Assembly (NCBI GenBank): GCA_947169825.1
Contig: CAMVRE010000001.1
Span: 16,463-80,462 of the forward strand
Source of the DNA: an uncultured Verrucomicrobiota bacterium
Lineage (GTDB): Bacteria; Verrucomicrobiota; Kiritimatiellia; RFP12; UBA3636
Length of the DNA stretch: 64,000 nt
Reading direction: 5' to 3'
Shown here: piece by piece, positions 9,861-19,328 of the stretch
How the letters are laid out: each line of letters begins with the position of its first letter
How positions within the stretch are numbered: position 1 is the first letter of the stretch
The notes under the pieces: generated by a model
What the model was told of the DNA's origin: nothing
Databases searched by the model: none
The model's input: only the letters and a program-made list of their open reading frames with translations
Translations under genes and position numbers: made by a program

Positions 9861-10148
9861 ATGAGGAAGCTTCTGGACCATCTCAAGGCGCACGAGGGCA
9901 CGGCGGATCCGTGGATCCTCGTCTGGGACAACCGCGGAACGTTTCCGCGGAAGGTTGGCGAACTCATACGCATCTGCAATCTTGCGACGGGCGCCTCGCA
10001 GCTCTTCGGCATCCCCGTCCGCACGTCGACCTACGTCGACTACCGCGGCGAGGTCGTCCTCGAAACCCGCGTCGAGCGCGCCGAGCTTCCGGAGCTCGTC
10101 GCCCGCCTCGAGTCCCGCCTCCGCCGCCCGCTCCGCCGCGTTTCGTGA
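9861..10148 (+). CDS. Small conserved protein (95 aa); partner gene of the AlbA_2 module, paralog of 14852-15142
   Basis: ggggagaag lies upstream. It is about 80% identical at both protein and DNA level to 14852-15142 (DPWILVWDNRxTFPRKVGxxIRICNLATGAS..FGIPVRTSTxVDYRGEVVLETRVERAELPEL). It ends 38 nt before the AlbA_2 gene. Confidence 0.65.
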   Translation: MRKLLDHLKAHEGTADPWILVWDNRGTFPRKVGELIRICNLATGASQLFGIPVRTSTYVDYRGEVVLETRVERAELPELVARLESRLRRPLRRVS

Positions 10149-10185
10149 TTTCCTTTCGGCTGCGGTTGTGGTATCATCCCGACCC

Positions 10186-12039
10186 ATGCCGACCGCGACA
10201 CGCAAGACCAGGCGCGTCTATCCCGTCAGCGGATACGATTTTGCACGGACCGTCCTCAACCAGAAGGGGGACGGAGCCGTGGAAACCCTGCTGGAAGTCG
10301 CGCACGGCGGGGAAACGGACTGGCTGGAGAAGAAGGCCGGCATCTATCCCTCCGTGGAACACGATCGGGCATTTCGGGCGAAGCTCGAGAAATGTCCCCC
10401 GGAGAAGATCGCCGAAGAGTCGAAATACTACGAGACGGAAATTCTCCGATCAATCGCCTGTTCGCTCGTTGCGCTTCACAATTCGCGCGGCGGCGTGCTG
10501 TTCATCGGCATCGACGACGCCAACGCCCCGGTTCCCTTCGAAACGTGCGATGCCGACGGTGTCCTGGCCACGAAGGGCCTCGAGGCGTACGTTCGGGAAT
10601 CGGTACTGGGAAGACTTCTTCCGAAAGGCGGACTCTTTTCCTGCAAGAAGGAAACCTGGGCGGTCCCCGCCGACCAGCTCGACATCGAGGCGAGAGTGTG
10701 TTCATATCGGGGGGCGAAGGTTCTTGCTCTTCTCGTTCCCCCCTTGGAACCGGGATGTCCCCCCTCACTCGTCACGCGGACGGAAAACAACCGGCCCCGG
10801 AAACTGCTCCTGCAACGCAATCCCGGCGATGTCGGCGCCGTCCGAAGAACCGAAGCGGAATCCTCTTGGGACGACTCGGCCGCGGCCCTTGCCGACTTCC
10901 ACGCCTCCCGCGGACGGACGTTCGGTTCCAACACGGATCTATTCGGAAAACTCCGAGAAATCGGAATCGAGCCCCCGCCGCAAAAGACAAGGTTCTGGGC
11001 AACCGGGCGGCAACGCCGACACCTTCTATCCACAGCAGGCATATTGATAGGCCTCGCGTCCGTCATCGGCCTGACGGTCTTGGGCACCCTTCAGATTCGC
11101 GTCCAAGGCGCACTGACGCGCAAGGAAAAGATTGAAAAGCTGCTGCATGAAAAGGCCCTCGTCCTCTCCCGCACGGCCTTCGCGACCTCCCTTGGCGAAA
11201 CGATGGTCGAGAAGGTCGATCCCACGGTCGTGGACAAGGCCGTGAACGGATTCTGGAAGGATTCGACGCTTTACACCGAGGCGCTTGTCGACATCGCCTT
11301 TGCCCTTCAGGCGCCTGAGGGAACCGATCTCGTCGGCGAAGCCGAGAAGATCCTTCAGGTTCGTCTGGGGGCCGGACTGGAAGCCGCCATCCGCGAGGAG
11401 GCGCGCCGCGTTTGCCGCTACCGCATTGCATTCACCCAGGACGCCATTGAAACCTTCGATCTGTCGGGCAAGGAAGACTCCGGTGCGCGCGAGATGCTCG
11501 CCGTGATTTTGGTCGATGCCGTCCACAACGAAGACTTCAACCGCTGCTGTCTCGACATGGAGGCGGCGCGCTTCCTTGTGGACGAGACGCTGGGGAAGGG
11601 ATCCGCGGGCGGACGGAAGACGCTCCGCATGAACGCGGAAGACGTCCGCGAATACCGCCGCCGGTGCCGCGCGGTTCAGAAAGCCGTTGTCGAAGAGCGC
11701 ATGAACGTGGCCGTGATCCTGACCATTCGCGGGGCGTATGCCGACATTGGCGCCCCGGACTTCGCCGACCGTTTGACCGAAGCGATCTCGCGCGCCACCG
11801 ACATTCCGCGCGACGAGTTCGGAGAACACTTTGCCAAGTTGCTTGACGAGGGCCGTCTTCTGCTTTCCACGAATCTTGCTCAGAGATACGCGCAGATGCT
11901 AAAAGTCCGTGGAGAGTCTGGTCAGATCGATTGGCCGCTTTCCGAGGAAACCGTCGATCTCGTCGTCGAAACCATTGCGCATCGGACCGGCATCGGCGAG
12001 GGGCAGATCCGACTGGCCTTCGACAATGCCTGCCGCTAG
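10186..12039 (+). CDS. AlbA_2 (Schlafen-like) N-terminal domain protein with TM segment and helical C-terminal domain
   Basis: SGYDFARTV...GGETDWLEKKAG...ALHNSRGGVLFIGIDD. A TM segment at LLSTAGILIGLASVIGLTVLGTL. The first ~300 aa are homologous to 15180-19067; the rest is different. Confidence 0.75.
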   Translation: MPTATRKTRRVYPVSGYDFARTVLNQKGDGAVETLLEVAHGGETDWLEKKAGIYPSVEHDRAFRAKLEKCPPEKIAEESKYYETEILRSIACSLVALHNSRGGVLFIGIDDANAPVPFETCDADGVLATKGLEAYVRESVLGRLLPKGGLFSCKKETWAVPADQLDIEARVCSYRGAKVLALLVPPLEPGCPPSLVTRTENNRPRKLLLQRNPGDVGAVRRTEAESSWDDSAAALADFHASRGRTFGSNTDLFGKLREIGIEPPPQKTRFWATGRQRRHLLSTAGILIGLASVIGLTVLGTLQIRVQGALTRKEKIEKLLHEKALVLSRTAFATSLGETMVEKVDPTVVDKAVNGFWKDSTLYTEALVDIAFALQAPEGTDLVGEAEKILQVRLGAGLEAAIREEARRVCRYRIAFTQDAIETFDLSGKEDSGAREMLAVILVDAVHNEDFNRCCLDMEAARFLVDETLGKGSAGGRKTLRMNAEDVREYRRRCRAVQKAVVEERMNVAVILTIRGAYADIGAPDFADRLTEAISRATDIPRDEFGEHFAKLLDEGRLLLSTNLAQRYAQMLKVRGESGQIDWPLSEETVDLVVETIAHRTGIGEGQIRLAFDNACR

Positions 12040-12111
12040 AGCGGTTCTATATCGGACTTGGCGACAGAATTCGTTTGATGGCGAAAGGGGGGTGTGATAG
12101 TATTTATCCCC

Positions 12112-13476
12112 ATGAGAAGCAACCCAATTTCTGGCTACGATCTTGCCAAGTCGATCTTCCGCGAATGCGGAGGCAAGAATGTCGATGCTCTGGTCGATTT
12201 CGCCGGCGGCGAGACGGACTGGCTCGAGTTCAAGGCCGGTCTTTTCGCCCGCCCGGAGGACCTAAAGGACGGAGAACGCCAGGAGGACGCGCTCTGGCAC
12301 GTCGCCCGGGCGGTGTTCGGATTTCTCAATTCGTCTGGCGGCTTGATCATCCTGGGAATCGACGACAAGCGAAAGCCCGCCGATCTGAGGAAGTCCAAAG
12401 GAGGCGAGACGTTGGCCGACGAAGGCATGGAGGCATATTTGAGGAAAGTCGTGGAGCCCAACCTGCCCCCGAGCAAGAAAAAATGGGAAACCGGGCGCGC
12501 CGGCCGTCTTGCATGGGAAGGCCGGGAACGGACTCTCGTCAAGGACGCCATTGGCATTGAGCCGGCCAAATTCCGTGGAAAGGATATCATTCTCCTTTTC
12601 GTGGCTCCTCTCGCCAAGGGGCGGATGGAAATCGTCCGGGAAGGCGATTCGCAAGTTCTTCTGGTCCGACAGCCCGGCCATGTCGCGAAAGTCGAATCCA
12701 TTAAAGACGTCCAAGACATGGTTTCTTGGACAACCCGCCGCCGCAGGGTCGAAAGACGCGAGTTTGCGGAAACACTGGAACAGTTCAAGACAGAGAAAAA
12801 GGAAGATATCCGTGCGAAAGGTGTCGACGCGTTTTCCAAGCCGGGCAAACGGCCAGCCGTCACGAAGAAAGCCAAACCCGCGCCCGGCGTCTTGTTTCCC
12901 TGTCCGGAGTGCGGCTCATATGTTTCCGGCAACGGGAAAAACGGGAACCAGCGTTGCACCAAATGCGGCGAGACGTTCCATTGCGGCGTCTACGAGGAGA
13001 ACTTCGTCCCCCAGCCGGACGACGAGTCCAGCGGATGGGCGGTTGCGAAATGGCTGCTGCTCTCGTTCGGGCACCGGGTGTCCGATTCCGATCTGCGGCG
13101 ACAATTGAAAGTCGAGAAAACGCTTTTCAACGGCGTGACGGGCGATGATTTCGAGGACGTCCTTGATCGTTGCAAATTGGATGTCGAGACGATTACCCTA
13201 TCCAAGAAGGATTTGAACATCGGAGCCTCCGACCTTTGCGAAGCGTTCTCCAACGACGGGCTCGTCGCCGTGGAATACGCGACGGACCGGGCCCCCTTCC
13301 CCGAAACACGTGGCGCAACGAGATGGATCGGACTGGAACGAACGAACAAAGGCGTCGTTCGTGTCATGGATCCCTGGTTTGCCTTCGGATATTTGGAGTT
13401 CCGGGCTTGGAAGAAGGCCGCATTTGACGATGTCAGGGCCATCGTGAAAGCCTTCTCTGTTTTTGAAAAGGAATAG
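12112..13476 (+). CDS. AlbA_2 domain protein fused to Zn-ribbon and a degenerate papain-like (C39-like) domain
   Basis: SGYDLAKSI...GGETDWLEFKAG...FLNSSGGLIILGIDD. Zn-ribbon CPECGSYV...RCTKCGETFHC. The C-terminal GWAVAKWLL...WIGLERTNKGVVRVMDP is homologous to 30879-31574, but the catalytic Cys is replaced by Ser and the His by Arg. Confidence 0.75.
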   Translation: MRSNPISGYDLAKSIFRECGGKNVDALVDFAGGETDWLEFKAGLFARPEDLKDGERQEDALWHVARAVFGFLNSSGGLIILGIDDKRKPADLRKSKGGETLADEGMEAYLRKVVEPNLPPSKKKWETGRAGRLAWEGRERTLVKDAIGIEPAKFRGKDIILLFVAPLAKGRMEIVREGDSQVLLVRQPGHVAKVESIKDVQDMVSWTTRRRRVERREFAETLEQFKTEKKEDIRAKGVDAFSKPGKRPAVTKKAKPAPGVLFPCPECGSYVSGNGKNGNQRCTKCGETFHCGVYEENFVPQPDDESSGWAVAKWLLLSFGHRVSDSDLRRQLKVEKTLFNGVTGDDFEDVLDRCKLDVETITLSKKDLNIGASDLCEAFSNDGLVAVEYATDRAPFPETRGATRWIGLERTNKGVVRVMDPWFAFGYLEFRAWKKAAFDDVRAIVKAFSVFEKE

Positions 13477-13490
13477 ATCCATTCGGATCC

Positions 13491-13730
13491 GTGTTCAAAC
13501 GGTTCCAAAAAGAAAACATGGATTCGAAAACTCCCAAGTCGCAGTCCTCGGTGCCCAAAAAGAAGCCTAAATCGCCGCAGTGGCTGATGGGCATCATCTT
13601 TTTTCTTGGGCCATTTCGTGTTCGATTGGTTGCTGCTATGATCGTTCTGGTCAATCGGGCCCGTCGTGCGGCGATTGGGGCAAAATTGGAAAAACGGAAG
13701 CAATCAAGGCTCAAGAAACGAGTCGAATGA
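13491..13730 (+). CDS. Small basic hydrophobic protein, hypothetical (79 aa)
   Basis: Lies in a low-GC patch between two island genes. Contains WLMGIIFFLGPFRVRLVAAMIVLV. No domain. Confidence 0.3.
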   Translation: MFKRFQKENMDSKTPKSQSSVPKKKPKSPQWLMGIIFFLGPFRVRLVAAMIVLVNRARRAAIGAKLEKRKQSRLKKRVE

Positions 13731-13871
13731 GTCGCGAGGATCAAATCTGACTTGAGAAAAGGGCGGAAGAAACCGAACGAAAAGGCCAGGAAGATTCCGC
13801 TTGTCGGGGATGTCTCAAGATTTGTGGATACAGGGTGTTCCGTATGGGAAGCAGGGGGAGACAAGGTCCGT

Positions 13872-14741
13872 TCACGCGGCCTTGTATCGTCGTTCATAGG
13901 CCCGTCGGTCGAACGCAACCGACGGGAACACCTTCCCGAACGAATGGTCGAGCAGGGACGGCGTCTCGCGGTAGCGGCCGCCGGTGTTGTCCAACAGCCG
14001 ACCCATCGGGTTGACGACGATGTAGGCGTTAACGATGTCCGCCGTGTTCTCCACGACGGGGCGGCAGTCCGCGTGGCGCGCCGCAAAAGCCTCGAATTCC
14101 GCGCCGGAGACGAGCAGATCGTCCGCGTGGTCGTTCGTCCCTTCGATCCGGATCATCCGCAGCAGCTTCCACCGATCGGGACGGACTGCCGCCACCAAGG
14201 CGTGGAAGTCCTGGCGGCAGTTCACCCGGTTGACCACGGTGTTGATCTTCAGCCGGATTCCCGCGGCGTGGATCGCGCGCGCCAGCTCCCCTAGCCGCGA
14301 CATGGACAGGCTCTGGCCGGCGCCGTTGACACGCCCCAGCCGGCAGTTGTCCTCGTGGCGGAAGGCGTCGACGCTGATGCCGATCATGGACAGCTTGTTC
14401 CGGTTGGCGTCGATCCACGACGGCGTGAGCAGGCTGCCGTTCGTGATGACGGAGACGGGAATGCCCAATCCGTGGATGTGGTCGATCAGCCCTTGGGCGA
14501 ACGGCGCCGCCAGAGGCTCTCCTCCCGCCAGATTGAACCGGCGCACGTCCACGTCGCGAGTGATGTTGGAGACGATTCGCTTCCATTCTTCCAGCCCCAG
14601 CGGCGTCCTGCCGAAACGCGAATGGCAGAACCGGCACCGGTAGTTGCAGATGTCGGTGTAGTGGAGATTGACGACCAGGTCCTGGTATTCCTTCATGGCA
14701 CGGGTTCCTTGTTCGGGTTGGATGGCTTCCACATTTGGCAT
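13872..14741 (-). CDS. Prokaryotic viperin-like radical SAM enzyme (pVip)
   Basis: VVNLHYTDICNYRCRFCH carries the CxxxCxxC cluster. GGEPL and SVITNGSLL align with eukaryotic viperin (NYHFTRQCNYKCGFCFH...SGGEPF...VSNGSLI). GGAGGA lies 7 nt upstream of ATG 14741. Confidence 0.85.
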   Translation of the reverse strand: MPNVEAIQPEQGTRAMKEYQDLVVNLHYTDICNYRCRFCHSRFGRTPLGLEEWKRIVSNITRDVDVRRFNLAGGEPLAAPFAQGLIDHIHGLGIPVSVITNGSLLTPSWIDANRNKLSMIGISVDAFRHEDNCRLGRVNGAGQSLSMSRLGELARAIHAAGIRLKINTVVNRVNCRQDFHALVAAVRPDRWKLLRMIRIEGTNDHADDLLVSGAEFEAFAARHADCRPVVENTADIVNAYIVVNPMGRLLDNTGGRYRETPSLLDHSFGKVFPSVAFDRRAYERRYKAA

Positions 14742-14851
14742 AAGGGATTCCTCCGCCGGTTTTCCGATTTTGCGGTTTTACCGGTTTGCGATGGAAATGA
14801 CCGGAATCCGCCGCTTATGGGTGGTGTCGGCGGAATCCGTCAAAACGAGAC

Positions 14852-15142
14852 ATGCACAAACTCCTAGAACACCTCAAAGCGCATCTTTCGACGGCCGATC
14901 CGTGGATTCTCGTCTGGGACAATCGCGAGACGTTTCCGCGGAAGGTCGGGGACCGTATCCGCATCTGTAATCTGGCGACGGGCGCGTCGCTGTTCTTCGG
15001 CATCCCCGTTAGGACTTCGACCTGGGTCGACTACCGCGGCGAGGTCGTTCTCGAAACCCGTGTCGAGCGGGCCGAACTACCGGAACTGCTCGCGCGCCTC
15101 GAGGCGCGACTCCGACATTCGCCGGGCCGCCGCGTTTCATGA
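14852..15142 (+). CDS. Small conserved protein (96 aa); partner gene, paralog of 9861-10148
   Basis: See 9861-10148. The 3' flanking sequence tgatttcctttcggc is also duplicated. Confidence 0.65.
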   Translation: MHKLLEHLKAHLSTADPWILVWDNRETFPRKVGDRIRICNLATGASLFFGIPVRTSTWVDYRGEVVLETRVERAELPELLARLEARLRHSPGRRVS

Positions 15143-15179
15143 TTTCCTTTCGGCCGTCCTTCTGGTAGAATTCATCTCC

Positions 15180-18100
15180 ATGCAAGCCACTTCCACCGCA
15201 CGGTCTCCTCTGGTTCCCGTCAACGGATACGATTTTGCCCGATCGGTTCTCGACCAGGAACCGGATCGTGGCGTCGAGATACTTCTTCAGGCGGCAGGCG
15301 AAAACGAATCGGACTGGCTCGAAAAGAAAGCCGCGGTCTACCGGTCGGAAAGCAAGGACGAACGCTTCCGGAAAGCGTTGGAAAACTGCCCCCCCGAACA
15401 GAGGAAACGCAGGAAAGATCTCCTGAATCTCGAATTGCTCGCTGAAATCGCCAAGGCCATCGTCGCCATCCACAACTCCCGAGGTGGCGTTTTGTTCGTC
15501 GGCATCGACGACCAAACCAATGAACCCGTTTCCTTCGAAAACAACGACGGCGGAGAAATCTGGAGGACGAACGGAAAGGGCGACTATGCCCTCAAGGCGG
15601 TTTGGGGCCGGCTTGCCCGGGAGAACGGAGAGTTTCGTTTCGACCACGAGACATTGATCGTTCCGGTGGAAGCCGTCGGCGTGGTTCCAAAATGGTGTCG
15701 CTACAAGAACGCGGATGTCCTCGCCCTGCTCATCCCCCCGCTCGCACCCGAAAAGAATCCGCTTGAAGTCACGCACGTCGAAAACAATTCTCCGTGGAGA
15801 TCCATTCCGAAGAGAGCACCAGGAGATGTCGGTCAAGTCAAGAAGGAAATGCGAAACGATGCGTGGATCGGTTCCGCCGCACAATTGGCCGATTTCCACC
15901 ACGCCCGCCAAGAACGTTTTCTAAATCAAACCGATCTTGCTTCCAAACTCAAGATACTTGGTCTTTCCGTTCCCAGCTCCTTTGTTTCCCAAATTCCGAA
16001 GCCCCGGCAGGAAATCACCTCGACCGTCGACCGTCCGCGCGCAGCCAACTTCGTCGGACGCGAAAAGGAACTCGAAGAGTTGCACGAACTGCTCGCGGAC
16101 GGACGAATCCCCGTCGTGACCGGTCCAGGTGGGACGGGCAAGTCCGAGTTGGTCCTCCAGTACGCCGCACGGAACAAGGCCGACTACCCCGGAGGTTTGT
16201 TCCAGATTGACATGGAAGACGTCACCGATTGGAATCAGACCTTCCTATCAATGCTGGAGAAGCCCGGCGTTCGGGATGTTCTCGGACTTCCGGTGAACAA
16301 CGAAGCCGAGATAGAATGTGAAGCCGAAAAGGAACCAAGTGTCAATAGTGCGGAATTGGCAGCCGACGGAACTGGCATGCCATGCGACAATTGCTTGAGA
16401 GAGAGCATCGCCGGAGACAAGAAATCCGTTCCAGCGGCCTTGTCCGCCCGGGTCGGCAGGGCAGGTCCCATTTTGATGATCCTTGACAACGTCGATCCTC
16501 CAGCCTGCAAAACGCTTTTCAAGGAAACCGTCCTCTCCAAACTGGGTCTTCCGTCCGACGTGAAAATCGTCGCCACGGCACGGGCGTCAGATCTTACCTT
16601 TCCGGCCAGCGGCGTCTGCAAGGAATTCCGACTTTCCGACTTGTTGCCGGATGTAGCCGTCCGGTTTTTGCTGGCAAATCACCCGGAGGCTTCCGAAGAC
16701 GAACGGAAGGCGGCGGAAAACATCGCCCGGATGCTTGATTATCGCATCCTCTATCTGAAGGCCGTTCCCTCGCTGTTGGAGGATGACGATTCCGATTTTG
16801 CCGGGTCGTGGAGGGCACTCGAAGCGGGCCTGCGCGACAATCTCGCGGATGTCGTCGCCGCGGGAATGGAAGACGACAGGGGCCGGACGCCGTCCGCCCT
16901 TTGGCAACTGACGCAAAAGGCTTTTGCCGCCAATCGTCCAAAAGGAGACAGGTGGATTCTCCTGGCGCGGATCGCCTCGTTCTTTTCTCCTGACCTCGGC
17001 ATCCGGAAAGCCGCGCTTTCCGCATTGTGGAAAAGCATCTCGGCGCCAGATGGCGATCTGGACATCGCCTTTGATCAGGCGATCAACAAACTTCTCAAGC
17101 ATGGTATCCTCGAGGACCGAGACGGCGAATACTATATGCATCGTCTCACATGCGCGGCCATTCGAGCCGCTTCAAGAGAGGAAGCGCCGAACATCGAGGA
17201 ATCTGTCGGTTTGTCATTGGCGGGAACTGGTCGCTCGGAGAGTCGGGACTGGGTATCGCTCTCCGGCAGTATTCCGGCCCTGCGCCATGTCCCGGAGGCT
17301 CTGCTCGACGGAAAGACGTGCGTTGACATCCTGTGCGGCAACCGTCAATTCGCCGACCTTTGCCCGTGGACAAAACTCGACTATTCTGATTGGAGGAAAC
17401 TTCTTGCCTTTCATCCACAGTTTATCGATCAATTGCAACAATCCGCTGATAATGGCAGCGCTGGTGCACAAATCGCTCTTGGGATTTGTTACTATTACGG
17501 TCGCGGCGTGAACCAGAATTACGAAGAAGCCGTAAAATGGTTCCGCAAGGCTGCCGAGCAGGAAAACGCTGCTGCGTATTCGAATCTCGGCGTATGCTAC
17601 GAAAAGGGCCGCGGCGTGGAACGGAACGCCGAAGAGGCCGCGAAATGGTACCGCAAAGCCGCCAATCAGGAAAACGCTACTGCGCAGACCAATCTCGGCA
17701 ATTGCTACTACAACGGTTGCGGCGTGGAACAGAGTTCTGAGGAAGCCGTGAAGTGGTACCTCAAGGCCGCCGAGAAGGGAAACGCTGATGCGCAGTTCAA
17801 TCTCGGCGTATGCTATGGCAATGGCCACGGCGTGAAGCAGAACGCCGAGGAAGCTGTGAGGTGGTTCCGCCAGGCCGCCAATCAGGAAAACGCTACTGCG
17901 CAGTTCAATCTCGGTTGCTGCTACTACCACGGTCGTGGTGTGGAACAGAACTACGAAGAAGCCGTGAGGTGGTGGCGCAGGGCCGCCGATCAAGGAAAGG
18001 GTGCAGCGCAATTTAATCTTGGCGTGTGCTATGGCAAGGGCCACGGCGTGGATCGGAGCGCCGAGGAAGCCGTGAAGTGGTACCGTAAGGCTGCCGAGCA

Positions 18101-19067
18101 GGAAGACGCCGCTGCGCAGGCTAGGCTCGGCTTGTGCTACGAGGAGGGCGAAGGCGTGGAACGGAACGCCGAGGAAGCCGTAAAATGGTACCGCAAGGCC
18201 GCCGAGCAGGGCAACGCTTCTGCACAGACAAAACTCGGTTATTGCAAGAATGACGGCCGTGGCATAGAACGAAGCGTCGAAGATGCGGTGAAGTGGTGGC
18301 AAAAAGCGGCAGAACGGGGGTACGCCCCGGCTCAATGGGAACTCGGTAGTTGCTTTGCCCTCGGAAAAGGTGTCGCGCGGAATGAGGAAGAGGCCGTAAA
18401 CTGGTGGCGTAAGGCGGCGGACCAAGGAAACCCCTGGAGACAAATCCGTTTGGGCCGGGTTCTTTTGTTCGGGAACGGCGTTGAAAAGAACGAGGCGGAG
18501 GCGTTCCGTTGGTTCCAGCGCGCGGCGGAACAAAAAGACGATTATGCGTTCGCCTGGCTCGGCTACTGTTTCGCGTCAGGAACCGGGACGCCCAAGGATA
18601 CACAAAAATCTGAATCGCTCTTTTTGAAGATCAGTCAACCCGCTCTTGGATTCAACGAGATTGCATGGTGTTTGTTCAAAGCAGGACGGTTTTCGGATGC
18701 CTTGCCGTTCGCGGAAAGGGCAGTTGCCGCGTTGCGGACAATCGAAGACTTCCCGATGCAGAAACGAATTATAATCCTCGATACACTTGCTGCCATTTTT
18801 CACCATTTGAACCGGGAAGAGGAAACGAAAGACGTTTGCTCCGAAATCCTGTCTCTGTTCCCAGAAAACGACGATTCAAAACACCACGAGGAAGCTCTCG
18901 TCCGGCTCGGGCGGGCCTGTCAACGCCTTGGCGACAAATCTGGCGCGGTCGATGCGTTCCAGAAGGCACTAACCATTGTGGAACGGCATGACGGCAAGCA
19001 CGCCGAATACGGAGAGTCCGCAGATTCCTTGCGCGCGTTGCTGGCCGAATTGTCGGAACGCGGTTGA
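15180..19067 (+). CDS. AlbA_2 N-terminal domain fused to STAND (NB-ARC-like) NTPase and Sel1/TPR repeat array; Avs-like architecture
   Basis: NGYDFARSV...ESDWLEKKAA...AIHNSRGGVLFVGIDD. Walker A PVVTGPGGTGKSELV and Walker B ILMILDNVD. At least 12 Sel1-type repeats (AQxxLGxCYxxGxGVxxNxEEAVKWYRKAAEQ). C-terminal TPR-like segment. Confidence 0.85.
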   Translation: MQATSTARSPLVPVNGYDFARSVLDQEPDRGVEILLQAAGENESDWLEKKAAVYRSESKDERFRKALENCPPEQRKRRKDLLNLELLAEIAKAIVAIHNSRGGVLFVGIDDQTNEPVSFENNDGGEIWRTNGKGDYALKAVWGRLARENGEFRFDHETLIVPVEAVGVVPKWCRYKNADVLALLIPPLAPEKNPLEVTHVENNSPWRSIPKRAPGDVGQVKKEMRNDAWIGSAAQLADFHHARQERFLNQTDLASKLKILGLSVPSSFVSQIPKPRQEITSTVDRPRAANFVGREKELEELHELLADGRIPVVTGPGGTGKSELVLQYAARNKADYPGGLFQIDMEDVTDWNQTFLSMLEKPGVRDVLGLPVNNEAEIECEAEKEPSVNSAELAADGTGMPCDNCLRESIAGDKKSVPAALSARVGRAGPILMILDNVDPPACKTLFKETVLSKLGLPSDVKIVATARASDLTFPASGVCKEFRLSDLLPDVAVRFLLANHPEASEDERKAAENIARMLDYRILYLKAVPSLLEDDDSDFAGSWRALEAGLRDNLADVVAAGMEDDRGRTPSALWQLTQKAFAANRPKGDRWILLARIASFFSPDLGIRKAALSALWKSISAPDGDLDIAFDQAINKLLKHGILEDRDGEYYMHRLTCAAIRAASREEAPNIEESVGLSLAGTGRSESRDWVSLSGSIPALRHVPEALLDGKTCVDILCGNRQFADLCPWTKLDYSDWRKLLAFHPQFIDQLQQSADNGSAGAQIALGICYYYGRGVNQNYEEAVKWFRKAAEQENAAAYSNLGVCYEKGRGVERNAEEAAKWYRKAANQENATAQTNLGNCYYNGCGVEQSSEEAVKWYLKAAEKGNADAQFNLGVCYGNGHGVKQNAEEAVRWFRQAANQENATAQFNLGCCYYHGRGVEQNYEEAVRWWRRAADQGKGAAQFNLGVCYGKGHGVDRSAEEAVKWYRKAAEQEDAAAQARLGLCYEEGEGVERNAEEAVKWYRKAAEQGNASAQTKLGYCKNDGRGIERSVEDAVKWWQKAAERGYAPAQWELGSCFALGKGVARNEEEAVNWWRKAADQGNPWRQIRLGRVLLFGNGVEKNEAEAFRWFQRAAEQKDDYAFAWLGYCFASGTGTPKDTQKSESLFLKISQPALGFNEIAWCLFKAGRFSDALPFAERAVAALRTIEDFPMQKRIIILDTLAAIFHHLNREEETKDVCSEILSLFPENDDSKHHEEALVRLGRACQRLGDKSGAVDAFQKALTIVERHDGKHAEYGESADSLRALLAELSERG

Positions 19068-19328
19068 ATTTAACGGGTTTCTTTCACAGAAGGCCTCCGC
19101 CTATGTCTGGGCGGAACAACTCCGATGTTTCGCGCGAAACAGGAAAAGAGTTTGCTGGGAATAATCGCCGAAGAGTTGCTTTGATCCCTTTTTCCGGTGC
19201 GCTCGGCGAGCGCATCCTACCGAGATGGCGGTGCAAAAACCGACGGATCGGGTTCGCATTGGTGGAAAACCGGTCAGACCGGACCTTATCGGGATTGATG
19301 GCAATCAACTCCGACAAGGAAACCGACG

